Shown here one piece after another: positions 58,348 through 64,000 of a stretch of 64,000 nucleotides of DNA; the stretch's first letter is position 1; each line of letters starts with the position of its first letter. The stretch is from Candidatus Cloacimonadales bacterium (GTDB taxonomy: Bacteria; Cloacimonadota; Cloacimonadia; Cloacimonadales; JAIOQZ01), in assembly GCA_963662655.2 (NCBI GenBank), contig CAXXTU010000002.1:768001-832000 (forward strand), given 5' to 3'. Under the pieces are notes generated by a model. That model had not been told where the DNA came from and did no database searches. It saw only the letters and a list, made by a program, of their open reading frames with translations. A program made the translations under genes and the position numbers.

Positions 58348-58551
58348 ATGCCGCGAGTTACAATCGATCCTAATTATTGCAAGGGTTGTGGATTATGCAT
58401 CAATGCATGTCCCAAGAAAATCCTGCGATTCTCAGAGAACATTAACCAGAAGGGTTACCACTATGCGGAATGTTTTGATCCGGATACCTGTATCGCATGC
58501 AGATTCTGTTTCACGGTCTGCCCTGATGTCGCAATAACAATCGAGAAATAA
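58348..58551 (+). CDS. 2x[4Fe-4S] ferredoxin-like delta subunit
   Basis: CKGCGLCINACP and CIACRFCFTVCP. AAAGGAG RBS. Confidence 0.88.
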   Translation: MPRVTIDPNYCKGCGLCINACPKKILRFSENINQKGYHYAECFDPDTCIACRFCFTVCPDVAITIEK

Positions 58552-58563
58552 ACGGAGGCTCTC

Positions 58564-59640
58564 ATGAAGGTTTTGATGAAAGGAAACGAAGCCGTTGCTG
58601 AAGCCGCCATACGTGCTGGCTGTCGTCTTTACTTTGCTTACCCGATCACCCCGCAAAGCGAATTGATCGAATACATGGCAAAAATGATGCCCAAGGTAGG
58701 CGGAACATTCTTACAGGCGGAAAGCGAAGTTGCCGCCATTAACATGGTCTACGGCGCTGCCGGATGCGGCAGACGCGTTATGACCTCTTCTTCCTCACCC
58801 GGAATATCCCTCAAGATGGAAGGTATTTCGTACATTGCCGGCGCGAAGCTCCCGGCCGTGATCGTCAACGTTCAGCGTGGAGGCCCAGGTCTTGGCGATA
58901 TCGCTCCCGCACAGGGTGATTACTTTCAGGCAACCAAGGGCGGCGGTCATGGCGATTACCATTGCATCGTCCTTGCGCCCAGCACAGTACAGGAATTTGC
59001 CGACATGGCGAGCCTGGCGTTCGACCTCGCCGACAAATACAGAAATCCTGCGATGATTCTCTCGGACGGGCTTCTCGGCCAGATGATGGAACCGGTTGAA
59101 TTTGCCGAGCCCAAGACGCAGGAAGAAATCGACAAGCTCAACGAGCAGCACAAAGCTTGGATGATGCAACCCAACGAGGACGAACCGAACCACCATCATC
59201 ACGAGATCAACTCGCTCGAGATCGATCCCGAAGTGCTTGAAAAACACGTAGAAGGACTCCTCGAAGTTTATAAGGAGATCGAGAAGAACGAACTCCGCTG
59301 GGAAGAATACAATCTCTCGGACGATAACGAGATTCTCTGCGTGGCATACGGCACCGCTTCACGTATCGTGAAATCGGCTGTCGACACGCTCAAGGCGGAA
59401 GGAATAAATGTTGGTCTGATCCGCCCGATCACCGTGTGGCCTTACCCCTACAAGGCGATCGCAGACGCGCTTCACGACAAAATCAAGAAAGTCATCGTGT
59501 TCGAATACAACTCGGGACAGATGCTCGAAGACGTTAAACTGGCTGTCAACGGCAAGAGAGAAGTCGAATTCCTCGGCAAGGTCGGCGGCATTGTCTTCAC
59601 TCCCGAAGAAGCCAAAGCGAAAATCGAAGAGAATTTGTAG
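58564..59640 (+). CDS. vorB: 2-oxoacid:ferredoxin oxidoreductase alpha subunit, branched-chain (VorB-like)
   Basis: MKGNEA, YPITPQSE, QAESEVAA, SSSSPG, RGGPGLG.I.PAQGDY, KGGGHGD. Confidence 0.85.
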   Translation: MKVLMKGNEAVAEAAIRAGCRLYFAYPITPQSELIEYMAKMMPKVGGTFLQAESEVAAINMVYGAAGCGRRVMTSSSSPGISLKMEGISYIAGAKLPAVIVNVQRGGPGLGDIAPAQGDYFQATKGGGHGDYHCIVLAPSTVQEFADMASLAFDLADKYRNPAMILSDGLLGQMMEPVEFAEPKTQEEIDKLNEQHKAWMMQPNEDEPNHHHHEINSLEIDPEVLEKHVEGLLEVYKEIEKNELRWEEYNLSDDNEILCVAYGTASRIVKSAVDTLKAEGINVGLIRPITVWPYPYKAIADALHDKIKKVIVFEYNSGQMLEDVKLAVNGKREVEFLGKVGGIVFTPEEAKAKIEENL

Positions 59641-59649
59641 GAGGAACAC

Positions 59650-60405
59650 ATGCAGGTTATTGCAAAACGACCCGAATCACTTACCAAACTGAATTTCACC
59701 TATTGCCCGGGCTGTACGCACGGTATCGCGCATCGTCTGATCGCAGAAGCCATTGATGAACTCGGCCTTCGCAACCAGATGATGGGCGTCGCACCGGTGG
59801 GCTGCTCCGTGTTTGCGTATAAATTCTTCAATTGCGATATGGCGGAAGCGGCGCACGGTCGCGCTCCCGCTGTTGCAACCGGAATGAAAAGAGCAAGACC
59901 CGACATGCACGTCTTCACCTACCAGGGTGACGGCGACCTCGCGGCGATCGGTACTGCAGAAATCATCCACGCGGCGAACCGCGGCGAGAAGATATCCGTG
60001 TTCTTCGTCAACAACGCGATCTACGGAATGACCGGCGGCCAGATGGCCCCGACCACGCTGCCGGGAATGAAGACAAGCACTTCTCCCTACGGACGCGACG
60101 CGCAGGACATCGGATACCCTATCCAGGTCTGCGAACTCCTGAACTCGCTCAACGCGCCGTACTACATCGAGAGAGTCTCGCTGCTCTCCGCACCGGACGT
60201 CATGAAGGCCAAGAAAGCCGTGACCAAAGCCATGACCTACAACAAGGAAAATCGCGGATTCACATTCGTCGAATTCGTTTCAACCTGTCCTACCAACTGG
60301 GGGATGACAGCGGTTGACTCACTGCAGTGGGCCAAAGACAACATGCTGCCGACATTCAAGTTGGGCATGTTCCGCGATCGCGGCGCTGAAGGAGGTGACA
60401 AATGA
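59650..60405 (+). CDS. 2-oxoacid:ferredoxin oxidoreductase beta (TPP) subunit, Vor-type
   Basis: YCPGCTHG, PVGC, HGRAPA, QGDGD, YGMTGGQ, TCPTNW. Confidence 0.87.
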   Translation: MQVIAKRPESLTKLNFTYCPGCTHGIAHRLIAEAIDELGLRNQMMGVAPVGCSVFAYKFFNCDMAEAAHGRAPAVATGMKRARPDMHVFTYQGDGDLAAIGTAEIIHAANRGEKISVFFVNNAIYGMTGGQMAPTTLPGMKTSTSPYGRDAQDIGYPIQVCELLNSLNAPYYIERVSLLSAPDVMKAKKAVTKAMTYNKENRGFTFVEFVSTCPTNWGMTAVDSLQWAKDNMLPTFKLGMFRDRGAEGGDK

Positions 60406-60938
60406 AAGCTGACATCGTCTGCTCAGGATTTGGCGGTCAGGGAGCCCTGACATTCGGAAAATTCCTGGCCCTCGCCGGGATGAAAGAAGGCAAGAACGTT
60501 TCCTGGCTTCCTTCGTACGGACCGGAGATGCGTGGCGGTACGGCCAACGTCGCGGTTGTTATCGCCGACGAGCCGGTTGCTTCACCGCTCGTTACCAAGA
60601 TGGACATCCTTGTCGCGCTCAACCAGCCATCGCTGGACAAGTTCGGCTCAAGCGTTCGTCCAGGCGGGTTGATCATCGTCAACGAAGACATGTGCCCGAA
60701 CAAGGTCGAGCTCGAAGGCGTACGGATCGTTTACGTTCCCATGTCGAAGATCGCTAACGAGATCGGAAGCCCGAAGGTTCTAAACATGGTAGCAATTGGA
60801 ACGTTGCTCGCTAACAACGAGATGGTGAAATTCGACACCGTCATGGACGAGCTTGCCGCAACACTCGGCAAGAAGCGCCCGGACCTGCTCGAACTCAACG
60901 AGAAGGCCATCAAAAAAGGTATGGAATACAAGGCGTAA
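60402..60938 (+). CDS. 2-oxoacid:ferredoxin oxidoreductase gamma subunit
   Basis: GFGGQG, PSYGPEMRGG, NMVAIG. Confidence 0.87.
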   Translation: MKADIVCSGFGGQGALTFGKFLALAGMKEGKNVSWLPSYGPEMRGGTANVAVVIADEPVASPLVTKMDILVALNQPSLDKFGSSVRPGGLIIVNEDMCPNKVELEGVRIVYVPMSKIANEIGSPKVLNMVAIGTLLANNEMVKFDTVMDELAATLGKKRPDLLELNEKAIKKGMEYKA

Positions 60939-60956
60939 CCGCCTCGATCTATATAC

Positions 60957-60994
60957 AAACTCCCGCCGGTCATTCGATCAGCGGGAGTTTTTTT
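60957..60994 (+). terminator. Intrinsic terminator
   Basis: AAACTCCCGC...GCGGGAGTTT followed by a T run. Confidence 0.8.
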
Positions 60995-61279
60995 ATTGGA
61001 ACACGGATGTCCTGATCCGCGTGCAATGAGCGGTCTTGATTGGTGAAACAATGGCATCAATCCAAGAAAGCTATATCGAGTGTCTGCCAGGTAGAGAATA
61101 AATCGACCGATTCCTTTCAGTGTCATCTCATAGCATCCAACCTCTGTTCCTGATTTGGTACGGCGGATTTTATTTGACAGCTTCATCGTTATATTGCGTA
61201 ATTTGCGACATACTATTACTGCCTCAATATGTATCTCATGTTGGAAATACGCTGTTGGATAATTCGGAGGAATAACTGA

Positions 61280-62353
61280 ATGGAAAATCGTCTTAGAAAC
61301 GCGATTGAAACAGGTGATACTTACACGCTCACGCTGATACTGGAAACGGAACAGAACATTCCGTGGGTTGACATCGTGGAATACGCGATCGACCTCCAGA
61401 AGAAGGATATCGCCGATACGATAATTAAAAAGCTCTTTGCGAAGTATCAGCCGGACGACCGCATCATACGAAAGCTGTTCCGCCTCGCGCTGGTGAAGCA
61501 CCTTGACAGCACCGCGACCCTCCTTTGGATGCAGATATCGGACAAAGAGAACAGCATGAACCCCGAAGACTCCACAGCGCTCCTGCTGGCTGTCGATACT
61601 GGGCTCGTGCGTATAGCGAAAGAGATGATCGAATCAGGCATTTTCCTCGACGGCGTGAACGAGAACCAGGAAAGCACTCTGCATCTTGCGCTGAAACATG
61701 GCATGGAAGATGTGGTCGATCTGCTCATTACCAGGGGAGCCGACGTGCGACTCGCGAACAAGGACGGGGTAACGGCGCTGCATATCGCCGCCCGTTACGG
61801 GGATATCAGTATCGCCAAGAGGATGCTGAACCGGAAGGCCGAAGTTAACGCTGCCACTCTTTCGGGACGCACACCGATTCAAGATGCGGTTTTCGGCGAG
61901 CAGGAAGCGATGGTTAAATTCCTGCTCTCCAACAACGCCGACCCGGACAAGCAGGACAACAACGGCGAATCAGCTCTACATCTGGCATATTATCTCAACC
62001 GCAAACCGATTATCAAGATGCTGCTTCAGCATGGAGCAAATCCATCCTTGAAGAACAACGACGGGAAAACCCCCGCGAGAAACATCTTCGAATCGAGAAT
62101 CCCCAAACTCATGAAGGAGTGCTTTGTCGCAACAGTTGCATACGAGAGCTCCGAACACCCGGATCTGGATATCCTGCGATCGTTCCGGGACAATGTTCTC
62201 GTGAGGCATCATTCAGGACGCGCATTTATCTCCTGGTACTATCGTAAAGGACCGGGGTTGGCCAACGCAGTATCCCGTTATAGCGTTAGCAGAAAGATTG
62301 CAAAAAGGGGTATCCAAACATTGGTGAGGATGATGGAGCGGATTTTCCGATAA
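61280..62353 (+). CDS. Ankyrin-repeat protein with C-terminal CFI-box-CTERM-like domain
   Basis: About five ankyrin repeats (STLHLA, TALHIAA, TPIQDA, SALHLA). C-terminal CFVATVAY...LRSFRD..L...GRAFISWYY..GP. Confidence 0.8.
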   Translation: MENRLRNAIETGDTYTLTLILETEQNIPWVDIVEYAIDLQKKDIADTIIKKLFAKYQPDDRIIRKLFRLALVKHLDSTATLLWMQISDKENSMNPEDSTALLLAVDTGLVRIAKEMIESGIFLDGVNENQESTLHLALKHGMEDVVDLLITRGADVRLANKDGVTALHIAARYGDISIAKRMLNRKAEVNAATLSGRTPIQDAVFGEQEAMVKFLLSNNADPDKQDNNGESALHLAYYLNRKPIIKMLLQHGANPSLKNNDGKTPARNIFESRIPKLMKECFVATVAYESSEHPDLDILRSFRDNVLVRHHSGRAFISWYYRKGPGLANAVSRYSVSRKIAKRGIQTLVRMMERIFR

Positions 62354-62406
62354 CGCCCAGCGATCATCCACGACATTCGCAACAAGCCAGAAAAAAGCCT
62401 AATCGG

Positions 62407-62434
62407 TTGACAAACCTCAGACGAAATCTAATAT
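62407..62434 (+). promoter_or_regulatory. Sigma70-type promoter of iorA
   Basis: TTGACA-16 nt-TAATAT. Confidence 0.5.
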
Positions 62435-62547
62435 TGCTCTCAATCGATGCCACGAGTGTAATTTATTGATGGTGAATGATTTGCGCAAATGGCACCAGGG
62501 ATGGAATTTACGAAAACACATACAATAAAACACAAAAGGAGTTGCCA

Positions 62548-64000
62548 ATGCAGAAAATGATGTTATTGGGCGACGAAGCTTTTGCTCAGGGCGTGTTGGA
62601 TGCCGGCCTTTCGGGTTTTTACGGATACCCGGGAACACCTTCGACGGAAATCGGCGAATACATCCAGCGTTCACCCCAGGCGAAGCAACGCGATGTCAAA
62701 CGTCTTTGGCATGCAAACGAAAAGACAGCGATGGAAGCTGCAATCGGAATGTCATACGCAGGGAAACGTGCGATTGTCACAATGAAACACGTTGGATTGA
62801 ACGTGGCTGCCGATCCATTCATGAACTCGGCTCTCACCGGAGCGAGCGGCGGTTTGATCGTGGCGGTTGCCGACGATCCATCCATGCACTCATCCCAGAA
62901 CGAGCAGGATTCCCGCTTCTATTCGAAGTTCGCGATGATTCCGGCGCTGGAGCCATCCAATCAGCAGGAAGCATACGACATGGCGAAACATGGATTCGAG
63001 TTATCCGAGAAATTCCATCTCCCCGTGATGTTCCGTGTAACCACGCGTCTGGCTCATTCAAGGGCGGGTGTAAGCCGCCATGAAGAGGTTGCGGAAAACG
63101 AGATGAGCAAACCGACGGACCCGAATCAGTTCATGCTGCTCCCGGCGTTCGCTCGCAAGAAATACAAACATCACCTCGAGATGCAGGAAGAAATGGTGAA
63201 GGCTTCTGAAGAATCACCTTTCAACAGCTACTTCGACGGTGCAGATAAATCGCTTGGTATCATTGCATGCGGTTTGGGCTATAACTACCTGATGGAAAAC
63301 TATCCTGACGGCTGCCCCTACCCTATCGTGAAAATAGGTCAATACCCGCTTCCACGCAAGATGATCGAGAAGATCACGTCCGAGTGCGACGAAATTCTCA
63401 TGGTGGAAGAAGGAATGCCGTTGGTTGAAGAACAACTTCGCGGATTCCTCAACAACGGGATCAGGATCAAGGGTCGTATGGACGGAACGCTTTCCTGGGA
63501 CGGCGAGCTCAATCCGGCCAAGGTGCGTGCAGCGCTCGGCATGCCAGCGCTTCCATCCAAACCCATGCCGGAAGTGATGGTGGGACGTCCACCGGCATTG
63601 TGCGTCGGCTGCCCTCATGCGGATAGCTACAAAGCGCTTCGTGCCGCTGTCGTGGACAAGTACGGCCAGGGACACATCTTCTCCGACATCGGTTGTTACA
63701 CGCTTGGCTTCATGCCGCCTTACAAGGCGATCAACTCATGCGTCGATATGGGCGCTTCCATAACCATGGCCATCGGAGCGGCAGACGCGGGTCTGTTCCC
63801 GGCGATCGCCGTAATCGGCGATTCCACTTTCGGTCACTCCGGTATCACCGGACTCTTGGACGCGATTTACAAGCAAGCGAATGTTGTAATCGTGATACTA
63901 GACAACGATACGACCGCTATGACCGGTATGCAGGATTCCTCCGTTACCGGCAGGCTGGAACGTATATGTGAAGGCATCGGCGTGGAGAAGGATCACATCC
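62548..64000 (+). CDS. iorA: Indolepyruvate:ferredoxin oxidoreductase alpha subunit (runs off the window; absent from the ORF track)
   Basis: Manual translation from ATG 62548 (AAGGAG RBS): MQKMMLLGDEAFAQG...GYPGTPSTEI...ANEKTAME...MKHVGLNVAADP...DDPSMHSSQNEQD...RPPALCVGCPH...DIGCYTLG...GDSTF.HSG...AMTGMQ. Confidence 0.93.
   Translation, partial: MQKMMLLGDEAFAQGVLDAGLSGFYGYPGTPSTEIGEYIQRSPQAKQRDVKRLWHANEKTAMEAAIGMSYAGKRAIVTMKHVGLNVAADPFMNSALTGASGGLIVAVADDPSMHSSQNEQDSRFYSKFAMIPALEPSNQQEAYDMAKHGFELSEKFHLPVMFRVTTRLAHSRAGVSRHEEVAENEMSKPTDPNQFMLLPAFARKKYKHHLEMQEEMVKASEESPFNSYFDGADKSLGIIACGLGYNYLMENYPDGCPYPIVKIGQYPLPRKMIEKITSECDEILMVEEGMPLVEEQLRGFLNNGIRIKGRMDGTLSWDGELNPAKVRAALGMPALPSKPMPEVMVGRPPALCVGCPHADSYKALRAAVVDKYGQGHIFSDIGCYTLGFMPPYKAINSCVDMGASITMAIGAADAGLFPAIAVIGDSTFGHSGITGLLDAIYKQANVVIVILDNDTTAMTGMQDSSVTGRLERICEGIGVEKDHI

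Noticed and set aside
62582..63971. Short ORFs listed at the window end
   Set aside because: All lie within the iorA reading frame, which starts at 62548 and runs past the window end.

Overview
Chromosomal window from an anaerobic, amino-acid-fermenting diderm bacterium. Three secreted proteins with FlgD-Ig/T9SS-like C-terminal tails and the gene set suggest Cloacimonadota or a related FCB lineage (inference). Housekeeping genes: rnr, yicC, pyk, metG, dnaX, sppA. Also present: a TPP-riboswitch thi4-thiE-thiC-thiD operon, four sensor kinases, an operon joining a 2-oxoacid:ferredoxin oxidoreductase to HdrCBA-MvhDGA hydrogenase, two more oxoacid oxidoreductases (Vor-like; IorA truncated by the window end), and an Lsa/VmlR-like ABC-F with a Met-Lys-Glu leader ORF. 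The most unusual signal is non-coding. A dispersed ~115-nt hairpin family (4 copies) has stems that change by compensatory substitution while loops and ends stay conserved. Two inverted copies bracket the thiamine operon, with a 4-bp TCGC direct repeat outside them. A REP-like family, smaller hairpin modules nested inside these repeats, and a 53-bp tandem array are also present. No transposase, integrase, cas, rRNA or tRNA gene was recognised. Protein calls rest on motif recognition by eye; no database search was run.
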